DNA from: an uncultured delta proteobacterium
GTDB lineage: Bacteria; Desulfobacterota; Binatia; DP-6
Direction: 5' to 3'
Length of the DNA stretch: 64,000 nt
Assembly: GCA_963815115.1 (NCBI GenBank)
Contig: CAWFFN010000005.1
Coordinates: forward strand, 1,024,001 to 1,088,000
The translations under genes were made by a program, and so were the position numbers. Within the stretch, counting starts at the first letter, position 1, and each line of letters opens with the position of its first letter. The notes under the pieces were generated by a model. The model was not told the origin of the DNA. It saw only the letters and a list, made by a program, of their open reading frames with translations, and did not search any database. This document shows, piece after piece, positions 22,997 through 35,283 of the stretch.

Positions 22997-24430
22997 TCAG
23001 CGCCCGACGGCCCGGTACCCCATGCGCTCGAAGAAGCCCTCGTGGAAGCCGCGCTCGAGGTCCGTCATCAGGCGCGTGCCGGCGACCAGGCCCGAGGGCT
23101 CGGCGGGACATCCCGGCGACGTGTCGACGGTCGCCTCGGGGAACTCGACTTCGGGGTCGGGCCGCCTGGGCCGCAGACTCCAGCCGATGTTGTTGGCGTA
23201 GCGGTCGCGGCTCGTGAGCCACCAGTTGCGGTGCGTGCGGCCGGCGCCGTGCGCGGGGGCGCCGAGGAAGCGCCACTCGATGAAGCGCAGGATCGAGGTG
23301 TGATCGTAGAGCTGGTGGTCGACGAAGCCCGGACGCGCGTACGGTGAGATCATGCGCGTCGGCACGCGGAAGCCGGCCTGCCCGAAGTTGTCCTCGTCGA
23401 CGTCGCTGGCGCGATCGTCGCGCATCGTGGGCGGAGGGACGTGCTCGAAGAATCCGCCCCACTCGTCGTAGGTGAGGAACATCACACCGCGGTGCCAGTG
23501 CGGCGACTCGACGAAGGCCTTCACCACCTCGGAGACGAAGCGCTGCCCGGCGCGCACGTCGCCGAGAGGATGCTCGTCGGTCTCGCCGTCGCCGAGGAAG
23601 CCGGGATCGACGAAGGTGACGTTCGGCAGCGTGCCGGCGGCGGCGTCCTCGAAGTAGCTCGCCACCGGAGCGGTGACCCCGACGAGGTGACTGCCCCAGA
23701 AGGCCGTCACCGGGAGGTCGCTGTAGTAGTAGCGGGCGGGCACCATGGCGGCCGTGAGCTTGTCCCAGATCGTCGGCCAGTCGAAACCCGTGGGATAGCC
23801 GGCCTCCGGCGGGAACAGGTTGCTCTTCAAGCCAGCCGACTGCGCGGAGTGCATGTACTCGCGGTTCGGATACGTCGGCCCGAGGACCGAGCAGTGATAG
23901 CGGTCGAAGATCGTGAACCGCCGGGCGAGGGCGGCGTAGAAAGGCAGGTCGTCGGCGGTGTAGTAGCCGAGGGCGAACGCGTCGTTGCCGCTTCCCTCGG
24001 CGAGGAAGCCGCCGTCGCGCTGCGCGCGGCCGGCGTCCCAGCCGTGGCCGGGGTCGCCGAAGGGACAGCCCCGGAACGGGTTCGTCTCCGGGCCGGTCGT
24101 CAGGTGATGGGTGTCGACCTGGGTGCCGTCGGACATGGCGTAGCGCTGCACCGGGTTTGCGTCCACGGTGAAACGACGACCGTACGCGCTCCGTCCGGCT
24201 TCCAGATACGCCTCGTCGGATCCGAGCCAGCCGAGGTAGTGGTCGAAGGAGCGGTTCTCCATCATCACCACGACGACGTGATCGATCGGCGCGTGCGCCG
24301 CCGGCATGTCGAGGATGCTGCCGCCCTTCAGGTGCGGCCGAGCCCTGCCGAGGACGACCGACGCGCTCCCGGGCCACATGCTCGCGGCAGCGCCGACCAT
24401 GGCGCCGCGTAGGAACTCACGACGGTTCAC
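22997..24430 (-). CDS. Tat-exported phosphoesterase / phospholipase C family protein
   Basis: NRREFL twin-arginine signal; IDHVVVVMMENRSFDHY, GPTYPNR, TYDEWGGFFEHV, GFRVP, YDHTSILRFIE; GGAGG RBS before GTG 24430. Confidence 0.92.
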   Translation of the reverse strand: MNRREFLRGAMVGAAASMWPGSASVVLGRARPHLKGGSILDMPAAHAPIDHVVVVMMENRSFDHYLGWLGSDEAYLEAGRSAYGRRFTVDANPVQRYAMSDGTQVDTHHLTTGPETNPFRGCPFGDPGHGWDAGRAQRDGGFLAEGSGNDAFALGYYTADDLPFYAALARRFTIFDRYHCSVLGPTYPNREYMHSAQSAGLKSNLFPPEAGYPTGFDWPTIWDKLTAAMVPARYYYSDLPVTAFWGSHLVGVTAPVASYFEDAAAGTLPNVTFVDPGFLGDGETDEHPLGDVRAGQRFVSEVVKAFVESPHWHRGVMFLTYDEWGGFFEHVPPPTMRDDRASDVDEDNFGQAGFRVPTRMISPYARPGFVDHQLYDHTSILRFIEWRFLGAPAHGAGRTHRNWWLTSRDRYANNIGWSLRPRRPDPEVEFPEATVDTSPGCPAEPSGLVAGTRLMTDLERGFHEGFFERMGYRAVGR

Positions 24431-24732
24431 GAGATATCCCCCTCCACCCGCCACACGGGGAACTCGCGGCGGGTCCCGACAGTCGCCCATTCCGTCCCCG
24501 CGGCGCAAGAGGGAGAACGGACACCGACCGAGCATCAAGAGGATGACATGGGCCGGTCACACGCGGGGGCCAAGCGGGTAGCCTACTCGCTCCGGAGTCA
24601 ATTCTTCGCCACATGCTGGCGATCACCTGATCGGGAGTCCCACGCGGGTCTGCGCGAGGTCCGATCTGGCGCGGCCGCGCGCGGCGGACTTGCTCACGCG
24701 CCGTAAACGGGGTGGCGCGGCCGGACGCCAAC

Positions 24733-24965
24733 TCACGGCGCGACCCGAGCCCGGGACCGCCGTGAGCCGGCGGCGCTCCCGCCTCGGAGCGCGGCTTCGC
24801 ACGTCTTCGCCTTCTTGCCGGAGACGCAGTTCGGCGGTCTTCGCCGTCATGGTCGGCTCGTCGTTCTTCCAGTCGGCCTTGGCGCATGCCTTCCGACCGG
24901 ACTTCTTCACGACCACGACGCGCGCACAGAATTCGGCCTGCGAGCAGCCGGTGACCACGCTGTAC
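24733..24965 (-). pseudogene. Probable C-terminal fragment of a Cys/Lys-rich secreted protein, frameshifted
   Basis: TGCSQAEFCARV...GRKACAKADWKNDEPTM, then shifted NCVSGKKAKTCEAA; coding-like codons but no 5' part. Confidence 0.4.
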
Positions 24966-25169
24966 AATCAGGCGCAGCTGGAGACGCCCTGGGACATCAC
25001 CAACGTCAACGGCGGCGCGGTGCCGCTGGGCCATCCCTACGGGATGTCGGGCATCCGGTATCTCGGCTCCACGCTCCTGGAGCTCGGGCGCCGAGGCGGT
25101 CGGCGCGCGATCGTCGGGGTCTGCACGGCGGGCGGCATGGCCACGGCGGCATACCTCGAGCGGCCTTGA
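24960..25169 (+). pseudogene. Thiolase C-terminal fragment
   Basis: NVNGGAVPLGHPYG and VGVCTAGGM motifs; the N-terminal ~300 aa are absent. Confidence 0.8.
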
Positions 25170-25282
25170 TCGTCGCGGGGTCGATGCCGTCGGGCGGGAA
25201 CGTCCGCGATTGACTCGGCCTCGAGGAACGCAACACTCGGACGTCGTCTCGTCGAGACGCAGCAGCGCGGATCGGAGGACAC

Positions 25283-26014
25283 ATGGGAAAGCTCGAGGGC
25301 AAGGTCGCGGTCATCACGGCCGCCACGTCCGGCATGGCGCTCGCGACGGCAAAGCTGTTCGCCGAAGAGGGCGCGTACGTTTTCATCACGGGCCGGCGCC
25401 AGAAGCAGCTCGACGACGCGGTGAGAGCGATCGGCCGGAACGTCACCGGCGTCCAGGGCGATGCCGGGAATCTCGCCGACCTGGACCGCCTCTACGACGT
25501 CGTGAAGCGCGAGAAGGGCCGCATCGACGTCCTCTTCGCCAGCGCCGGCGTCGGCGAGTTCGCGCCGATCGGTGAGGTGACGGAGGAGCACTTCGACAAG
25601 ACCTTCGACCTGAACGTGCGCGGAACGCTCTTCACGGTCCAGAAGGCGCTGCCGCTGGTCGTGGACGGCGGGTCCATCATCATGAACGGCTCGATCGCGA
25701 GCGTGAAGGGGTTCCCCGCCTTTGGCGTCTACAATGCCAGCAAAGCCGCCGTCCGATCGTTCGCGCGGACGTGGACCGTCGACCTGAAGGCACGCAAGAT
25801 CCGGGTGAACGTGCTCAGCCCCGGCACGATCGACACCGGGATCTTCGACGGCCTCCCCAAGGAGGCGAAGGCCGCGTTCGTCGCCATGATCCCACGCGGC
25901 ACGATCGGTCGGCCCGAGGAGATCGCGACCGCCGCGCTCTTCCTGGCCTCCAGCGACTCGAGCTTCGTCACCGGCATCGAGCTCTTCGTGGACGGCGGTG
26001 TCGGCCAGATTTGA
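25283..26014 (+). CDS. SDR family oxidoreductase
   Basis: KLEGKVAVITAATSGMA, YNASK, VNVLSPG, TGIELFVDGG; GGAGG RBS. Confidence 0.95.
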   Translation: MGKLEGKVAVITAATSGMALATAKLFAEEGAYVFITGRRQKQLDDAVRAIGRNVTGVQGDAGNLADLDRLYDVVKREKGRIDVLFASAGVGEFAPIGEVTEEHFDKTFDLNVRGTLFTVQKALPLVVDGGSIIMNGSIASVKGFPAFGVYNASKAAVRSFARTWTVDLKARKIRVNVLSPGTIDTGIFDGLPKEAKAAFVAMIPRGTIGRPEEIATAALFLASSDSSFVTGIELFVDGGVGQI

Positions 26015-26063
26015 CGATGGTGGAGATCGCTGATCCGGCCGCTCGCCACCCCGGGGCGCGCCG

Positions 26064-26900
26064 TCAGCGCGGGTTGATGCTCGCCGCCTCGGGTCCGAAG
26101 AACGACTCGACCATCGTCTCGATGCGCGGGCCGCGCCGCAGCGTGTGGCCCCCGTCGATCGCGACGCACTGCCCGGTCACCCACGACGACTCGGGCCCGG
26201 CGAGCCAGCGGACCGCTTCGGCGACGTCGTCGGTGGTGCCGAGCCGCGCCAGCGGCATCTGATCGAGGTAGTCCGCGACCACCACGTCGTCGGTCGCGAG
26301 CGGCGCCGCCAGGTCGGTCGGCACGAGGCCGGGGCGCACCGCGTTGACCCGGATGCCGAGGGCGCCCAGCTCGTCGGCGGCGCAGCGCACGAGCATCTCC
26401 ACGGCCGCCTTGCTCGCGCAGTATCCAGACATGAAGCGGTGCGTGAGCGTACCGGCGATCGACGAGATGGCGACGATCGCGCCGCCGGCGCCGGCCATCG
26501 CGCGACCGGCGTGCTGGACGGTGAGAAACGTGCCGGTGAGGTTGAGCTCTACCGTGTAGCGCCACTCACTGAGCGACATCCGGAGGACCGCCCCGATGGC
26601 GCCGCCGCCGGCGTTTGCGACCGCAATGTCGAGGCGGCCCGACGATGCCGCCGCCTCCACGGCCGCCGCGACCGCCGCCTCGTCGGTGACGTCGCAGATG
26701 GCCACGCGCACCGCGGCGCCCGGGCGGACGTCCGCCTCGAGGGCCGCCGCGGCCTGACGGAGCCTGTCCTCCGACCGGCCGGCGATGGTCACGGTCGCCC
26801 CGTCACGCAGGAGCCGTCGCGCGCAGGCGAGACCGATGCCGCTCCCACCGCCGGTGACGAGAGCGAACTTTCCTTCGAGGGCGAGCGTCGCATTCGGCAT
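26064..26900 (-). CDS. SDR family oxidoreductase
   Basis: LVTGGGSGIG, ANAG, YCASK, VNAVRPG, TGQCVAIDGG. Confidence 0.95.
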   Translation of the reverse strand: MPNATLALEGKFALVTGGGSGIGLACARRLLRDGATVTIAGRSEDRLRQAAAALEADVRPGAAVRVAICDVTDEAAVAAAVEAAASSGRLDIAVANAGGGAIGAVLRMSLSEWRYTVELNLTGTFLTVQHAGRAMAGAGGAIVAISSIAGTLTHRFMSGYCASKAAVEMLVRCAADELGALGIRVNAVRPGLVPTDLAAPLATDDVVVADYLDQMPLARLGTTDDVAEAVRWLAGPESSWVTGQCVAIDGGHTLRRGPRIETMVESFFGPEAASINPR

Positions 26901-26951
26901 ACGACGCACCTAGCACTCGGCGGCGGGTGTTCCTATGGAGACCGTGCCCCG

Positions 26952-28976
26952 TCAGGGTCCCTTCGCCTTGAACCTCGTCGGCGTATTCAACTGGGACGCG
27001 CCGAACGTCGTTTGCCAGCAGTGGGTGGTCATGCCGTTGGAGATGGTGAGCTGCATGGTCGCCGGAAGCGTGAGGCCGAGCGGGGGGAGCGCCAGGTTCA
27101 CTCCTTTCCCCTTCACCTGTAGCTTGGCCTTGCCCGCGGTCCCCGCCTGAAGCTTCATGTCGGTGATGCCGTCGGGTGTGGCCGCTTTGTTCCTGTACCT
27201 GTAGCCCTTCGGGTTGAACGTGCCCCCCACGGTCTTCCAGCAAGGCTTCGAGCCGCAGGTCCCACCAGGCGATACGGTTGAGTTTCGGAGCGGCTGCGGA
27301 TTCGCCGAGGCATCGTAGAGGCAAACCCGATAGGAGGGGGAGCCGTTCACCGGGTCCGCGAAGTCACCGATGGCCGTCAGGGCACCCTTGCCCCACTTCC
27401 ACTTGAGCCGGTCCCGATCGTGGTTCGTCATATCCCTGTCGATCTGGAGCGACGACTTGAGCGGCAGGCCGAGACGACATCCAGCCGCCGGCGTCGCACC
27501 GCAGAGCGGTCCAAATGTGGTGGTCGTCGTCGTGCTGGTCGTGGTGGTCGTGGTCGACGTCGTGGTGGGCGACGTTGTCGAGGTCGTGGTCGTGGTGGCG
27601 GAGGTCGAGGTCGTGGTGGTCGTCGGTGTCGTCGAAGTCGTCGTGGTGGTGGTCGTCGGTGATGTGGTGGTGGTGGTCGAGGAGACGGTGGTCGTTGTCG
27701 TGGTCGAGGTCGTCGTGGTGGTCGAGGTCGTCGTGGTCGTGCTGGTCGTCGTCGTCGTGGTGGTCACCGTCGTGGTGGCGCTTGTCTGCGACGCGCTGCC
27801 CGCATCGTTGGTGGCCGTGACACGGCAGGTATACGAGCCCGGCTCCATGGGTGTGAAGGTCTGGCCGGTCGCATCGACGATGTCGACTCCGTCCTTCTGC
27901 CATTGATATGCGTAGGTGCGCGGCGCGCGAGACAGGAATGCCCCCAGCAGGTCGGGCGCCCAGCCCCCCTGGGTGCAGTTGAGCACTGCAGTGCCCGAGA
28001 TGGTCGGGGGCGAAGTTCCCATAGGCGCACGCAGCAACGCCGCGAAGAGCGGAAAGCCTTGGCCGGAGAACAAGTCCTGGGCCATGCCGCCGCCGAGGGG
28101 CCCGACGCGGATCGTCCCGGAACCGCCGTTGTCCCAGTAGATCTTCTGCGCGTCAGGATCGAAGGCCACGCCGCCCGGGGAGCTCTGACCCGTGAAGAGG
28201 TCTGTTGCGGTGCCGGAGACGTCTCCCAGCTCGGCGACCCGGATCGTGCCGGAATCCAGGTTGGCCCAGTAGATCTTGCCGGGAACGGAATCGGGATCAA
28301 CCGCCACCCCGATGGGTTTCGACTGGCTGCCGATCAGCGTCTGGGCGCCCGAGCCGTCCAGGTTCGCGCGGCGGACCGTTCCCTTGGTCGTGTTGGGAAA
28401 CTGATTGGTCCAGTAGATCTTGCCCTCGGTGAGGCTGAGGGCCACCCCGCTCGGGCCGTCCTCGCCGGAGACCAGGGGGGTCGGATTCTCGAGGTCCATC
28501 AGATCCGCAGTCCAGATCTTGCCGCAACCGCAGGATCCCATGTTGCCCACGGGAGGGCACGACGAATCCGGGATGGCGCAGAACTCCGCCCAGTAGATCC
28601 TGCCTGCCGCAGGGTCGATCGCCACCCCGCACGGGCTCTGCTGGCCCTGGATCAGGTTTTGGGGGTCGCTACCGTCCAGGTTGGCGCTCCTGATCTGACC
28701 GCCGTTGAAGTTGGCCCAGTAGATCTTGCCGGCGGCGGCGTCGATGGCCACGCCGCACGGAGCGCTCTCTCCGCCAAGCCCCGGCACCGTGGAAGCCGGG
28801 GGCGTACCGTCCAGGTCGCCGACCCGGATGGCGCCATCCCCCTCGGCACTCCAGTAGATCCGGTCCGCGGCGCTCGCGGGGATGGCGCTCGCGTTCAGGC
28901 CGAGCCCGACGAGCAGCGACGCGAGCAGCGCCATCAGACCACCGGTCCGCGGATGACGATTCTGGTGTTGTTCCAT
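26952..28976 (-). CDS. Secreted protein: six YWTD-type (LDL-receptor class B) repeats, Ig-like domain, poly-Thr linker, Lys/Cys-rich C-terminal domain
   Basis: RIYWSA, KIYWAN, RIYWAE, KIYWTN, KIYWAN, KIYWDN; YAYQWQKDG...GSYTCRVTATN; signal peptide. Confidence 0.88.
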   Translation of the reverse strand: MEQHQNRHPRTGGLMALLASLLVGLGLNASAIPASAADRIYWSAEGDGAIRVGDLDGTPPASTVPGLGGESAPCGVAIDAAAGKIYWANFNGGQIRSANLDGSDPQNLIQGQQSPCGVAIDPAAGRIYWAEFCAIPDSSCPPVGNMGSCGCGKIWTADLMDLENPTPLVSGEDGPSGVALSLTEGKIYWTNQFPNTTKGTVRRANLDGSGAQTLIGSQSKPIGVAVDPDSVPGKIYWANLDSGTIRVAELGDVSGTATDLFTGQSSPGGVAFDPDAQKIYWDNGGSGTIRVGPLGGGMAQDLFSGQGFPLFAALLRAPMGTSPPTISGTAVLNCTQGGWAPDLLGAFLSRAPRTYAYQWQKDGVDIVDATGQTFTPMEPGSYTCRVTATNDAGSASQTSATTTVTTTTTTTSTTTTTSTTTTTSTTTTTTVSSTTTTTSPTTTTTTTSTTPTTTTTSTSATTTTTSTTSPTTTSTTTTTTSTTTTTTFGPLCGATPAAGCRLGLPLKSSLQIDRDMTNHDRDRLKWKWGKGALTAIGDFADPVNGSPSYRVCLYDASANPQPLRNSTVSPGGTCGSKPCWKTVGGTFNPKGYRYRNKAATPDGITDMKLQAGTAGKAKLQVKGKGVNLALPPLGLTLPATMQLTISNGMTTHCWQTTFGASQLNTPTRFKAKGP
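27517..27780 (-). repeat. Low-complexity ACC/ACG repeat encoding a Thr/Ser/Pro linker of about 85 aa
   Basis: Dense GTG/GTC triplet run on +; translates TTTTSTTTTTS... on -. Confidence 0.9.
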
Positions 28977-29137
28977 GGTGATCCCCCTGTCGGTCGACTG
29001 TGATGGCCGCCGGTCCGGGAGCCCAGGCAGATGGGCCAAGGGTGGTCTAGAGACCGGGATCGCGATCGAAGGCTACACGAGCACGCGCCCCCTGGTGCGC
29101 TTCCCGTATGACTCGAAGCTTGAAGAACTAGACAGCC

Positions 29138-29167
29138 AACCTAGCGCCTGAGCGAGGTCGTTGTCAA
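29138..29167 (-). promoter_or_regulatory. Candidate sigma70 promoter for the YWTD-protein gene
   Basis: Minus strand TTGACA, 18 bp, TAGGTT, preceded by an AT-rich tract. Confidence 0.4.
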
Positions 29168-29625
29168 GGCAAAAAAGATGTGATGTTAACCATTGCATCA
29201 GAGAGAGAAACGGCCCGGCATCGTTGCCGGGCGCGAAGCGCCGCACGGGCTGCCGCGGGTCTGGCGCTGTTCCTCTAGACGGTACGGGCCGTCATTCATG
29301 CGACCGTGACGGTGAGATCGGCCCGATCAGGGATCGCCCTACGTCGGGCGACGAGCAGGGTATCCTACCAAAGGTGGACGAGAATGTCGGACTCTCTCCT
29401 TCTGCGGGGACCGCCTCACGCGCCGCCTGGCGGCTCCCGGGGTGGTCGCATGCCTGGGGGAACGGAATGGCTCCCGACCAGCTCGGGGTGAGCGTGCCCG
29501 GCAGCACGCGGTGGCTCCTCCAGCGGTGCGCCCGCCGGAGGCCGCGGTGCCATCCTGCGATGCTGGCGCGGGCAGTGGCTTCCTGATCGCGGCTGACGGT
29601 ACTGTCTCGCCCGGCGGGTAGCCAC

Positions 29626-32367
<2,742 letters not shown>

Positions 32368-32368
<1 letters not shown>

Positions 32369-34101
32369 TGCTCGCGTGGTCGCGGTCCGTGTCACGCGCA
32401 GCTGCGGCGGTGCTCTTCGCTGCGCTGACAGGAGCGGTGTACCTTGGGCTCTTCGCGCTGGTGCAGATGGCGATCGGTCCGGCGACGGCCTGGATCTGCG
32501 CCTTGCTCGCGGCGGCCGTCGTGGGGGCGGTGCTCGGCTTCCTCGAGCCCGTGCGGCGCCGCGTCGAACTCCTGCTCGAGGGCACATTGTCCGAACGGCA
32601 CGTCAGGGCTCGCGAGCGAATTCATCGCGCGGTGCGAGAGCTCGCGCGGGTGCATGACGAGGCCGACGTCGCAGCGCTGGTCCGCGACGCGCTGCGCAGC
32701 GGGCTGGACGTCGCCGCGGTCCGGGTCGTCGGCGGCTCTGGTGAAGAGACCCGACGAGCGATCGACGCATCGGCGACGGGGGCGCTGGTCGTCCCGTTCC
32801 CCGAACGGCCCGAGCTCTGTGGCGCGCTCGTGCTCGCGCCTCGGCAAAGCGGGACGCCCTACTCGCGGGACGATCGCGCGCTGCTCGAGACGCTCGCCGC
32901 GCAGGCTGCCGTGGCGATCTCCAACGCCCGAGCGTGGGAGGAGATCGAGATGCTCGAGCGCCGGGCACGGGAGGAGAACGCGTATCTGCGCGAGGCGGCT
33001 CTCCCTGCCGCCGACTCCGGCGAGCTCGTGGGGCAAAGTCTCGGCCTGCGTTCGGTCCTGGCGCAGGTACAGCAGGTGGCCCCAACCGACGCGGCCGCGC
33101 TGGTGCTCGGCGAGACCGGTACGGGCAAGGAGCTCGTGGTGCGCGCGATCCATCGCCAGAGCCGGCGAGCCGACCGCGTGCTGGTGCAGGTGGCGAGCGC
33201 GGCGGTCCCCGAGGCCCTCCTCGAGAGCGAGCTCTTCGGTCACGAGAAGGGCGCGTTCACTGGAGCGTCGACGCGAAAGCTCGGTCGCTTCGAGCTCGCC
33301 GACGGCGGTACGCTGTGTCTCGACGACGTGGACACGCTGCCACTCGGCATCCAGGCGAAGCTCCTGCGCGCCATCCAGGAAGGAGAGGTGCAGCGGCTCG
33401 GCGGGACCCGGGTGCGTGTCGTCGACGTGCGGCTCGTGGCGACGAGCAACCGCGATCTGCTCGCCGAGGTGCGCGCCGGCCGCTTCCGCGAGGACCTCTA
33501 CTATCGCCTGCACGTCGTGCCGATCCGGCTGCCGCCGCTGCGCGAGCGTCGCGAGGACATTCCTCTCCTGGTCGAGCATTTCGTTCGCCGCGAGAGTGGC
33601 CGCGTCGGCCGACCGATGCGCGACCTGCCGGCGGAGACGCTGGCCGCGCTCCAGCGCTACGACTGGCCCGGGAACGTGCGCGAGCTCCGCAACCTGGTCG
33701 AGCGGGCGATCGTGATGAGCCCCGACGGCGTGCTCCGCTTGCCAGAGCCGCTCCTGGTGCGGCCGGCGGTGTCCGCCGGCGGGGAACGCCCGACGGAGCT
33801 CGGCAGGGCGTCGCTCGCCGAGCTGGTGCAGCGCTACAAGGCACGTTTGATCCGGACCGCGCTCGCGCGGAGCGGAGGAAACCAGCGGCGCGCCGCAGAG
33901 CTCCTCTGCGTCCACCGGCCGAGCCTGACCCGCATGCTGCGCGATCTCGAGCCGCCCCGGGGAACGAGCGCGCCGGGGCGCCGATCGAGCGCAGCGACCG
34001 CCGCCGCCGAGCCGCCAGCTGCGGCAGGCGGCCATCCGAAGAGGAAGTCCGCCCGTCAGCGCAGCCGGTGGTCGGCGCCGAAGATCGTCGCCAGCTCGTA
34101 G
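32368..34101 (+). CDS. Second sigma54-dependent activator (2 TM + GAF + AAA+ + Fis HTH)
   Basis: [47 protein letters not shown]; TGATG overlap with the upstream paralogue. Confidence 0.93.
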
Positions 34102-35219
34102 GCCGGCGTGACCTCGAGCTGGTCGTAGCGACAGTCCTCGGGTGACCTGTCGGGCCGCCAGCGCAGGAAGGTGGCGGCGTGGCGGAAGCGCTGTCCTTGC
34201 AGGTGGTCGTACTTCACCTCGCAGACGCGTTCGATGCGCAGCGGCTCCCACGAGAGGTCCTTGCCCGCATTCCAGCGGCTCCGCGCACCCGGCATGCGCT
34301 GGGCCTCGTCCGTGGCGCTGGCCCACTCCCGCCACGGGTGGGTCGCGAGCGCTCCGGCACGCAACGGCGCGAGCTCGGTGGCGAGGGCTCGGCGCTTTGC
34401 CATCGTGAACGAGGACGTGACGCCGACGTGCTGGAGCGCACCGTGCTCGTCGTAGAGGCCGAGGAGCAGCGAGCCGACGATGCCCGTGCCCTCCTTGTGC
34501 CAGCGGAAGCCGGCGACCACGCAGTCCGCGGTGCGCGCGTGCTTGATCTTCAGCATCGCCCGCTTGCCGGCCTCGTACGGACCGTTCTCCGGTTTGGCGA
34601 TCACGCCGTCGAGCCCGGCTCCCTCGAACCGCCGGAACCAGTCGCCGGCGAGCGTGCGATCGCGCGTGATCGGCGTGAGATGGATCGGCGGTGCGGTGCG
34701 GGCGAGCGCTTTCTCCAGGAGCATGCGCCGTTCGGTGAGGGGCGCATCGCGCAGGTCGCGCTCGTCGAGCGCGAGGAGGTCGAACGCCACGAACGACGCG
34801 GGCGTGGCGGCCGCCAGCTTCGTCACCCGCGAGGCCGCGGGATGGAGTCGCAGCTGCAGGAGATCGAAGTCGAGCCCCCCGGCACCGACGATCACGATCT
34901 CGCCGTCCACCACGCAGCGTTTCGGCAGGTGTGCGGCGAACGCGGGCCCGAGCTCGGGAAAGTAGCGGTCCAGGGGACGCAGGTCCCGGCTCTGGGTGTA
35001 GATCTGCTCGCGATCCTTGAAGACGAGGGCGCGGAAGCCGTCCCACTTCGGCTCGAACAGCCACCCCTCGCCCTGGGGCAGGCCCTCCGCGGCCTTCGCC
35101 AGCATCGGCTCGACCGGCGGAGGGATCGGGAACCGTGCCGGGCCTCCCGACGCCGCTCCCGTCCCGGCCGTCGCATGCGTCTGATCGGCCTGCGCGCGGC
35201 TGCGCGCCTTCGCCCGCAT
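34056..35219 (-). CDS. ATP-dependent DNA ligase, LigC-like
   Basis: PVEPMLAK, adenylation motif [38 protein letters not shown]...RWRPD; start uncertain. Confidence 0.92.
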   Translation of the reverse strand: MRAKARSRAQADQTHATAGTGAASGGPARFPIPPPVEPMLAKAAEGLPQGEGWLFEPKWDGFRALVFKDREQIYTQSRDLRPLDRYFPELGPAFAAHLPKRCVVDGEIVIVGAGGLDFDLLQLRLHPAASRVTKLAAATPASFVAFDLLALDERDLRDAPLTERRMLLEKALARTAPPIHLTPITRDRTLAGDWFRRFEGAGLDGVIAKPENGPYEAGKRAMLKIKHARTADCVVAGFRWHKEGTGIVGSLLLGLYDEHGALQHVGVTSSFTMAKRRALATELAPLRAGALATHPWREWASATDEAQRMPGARSRWNAGKDLSWEPLRIERVCEVKYDHLQGQRFRHAATFLRWRPDRSPEDCRYDQLEVTPAYELATIFGADHRLR

Positions 35220-35283
35220 CGCGTGCCATCATGCAGGCCCCCGACGGCGAAGAAAAGACTCGAAACGGCGGGTCGGAGCGCAC

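Noticed and set aside
27364-27906. ORFs encoding poly-Val, poly-His/Asp or Trp/Ser-rich peptides
   Set aside because: They are alternative frames and the antisense of the poly-Thr linker codons, not separate genes or a CRISPR-like array
29040-29625. Sigma54 -24/-12 promoter between the YWTD gene and the activators
   Set aside because: TGGCAC/TGGCGC hits lack a correctly spaced TTGC; only a sigma70-like candidate was found
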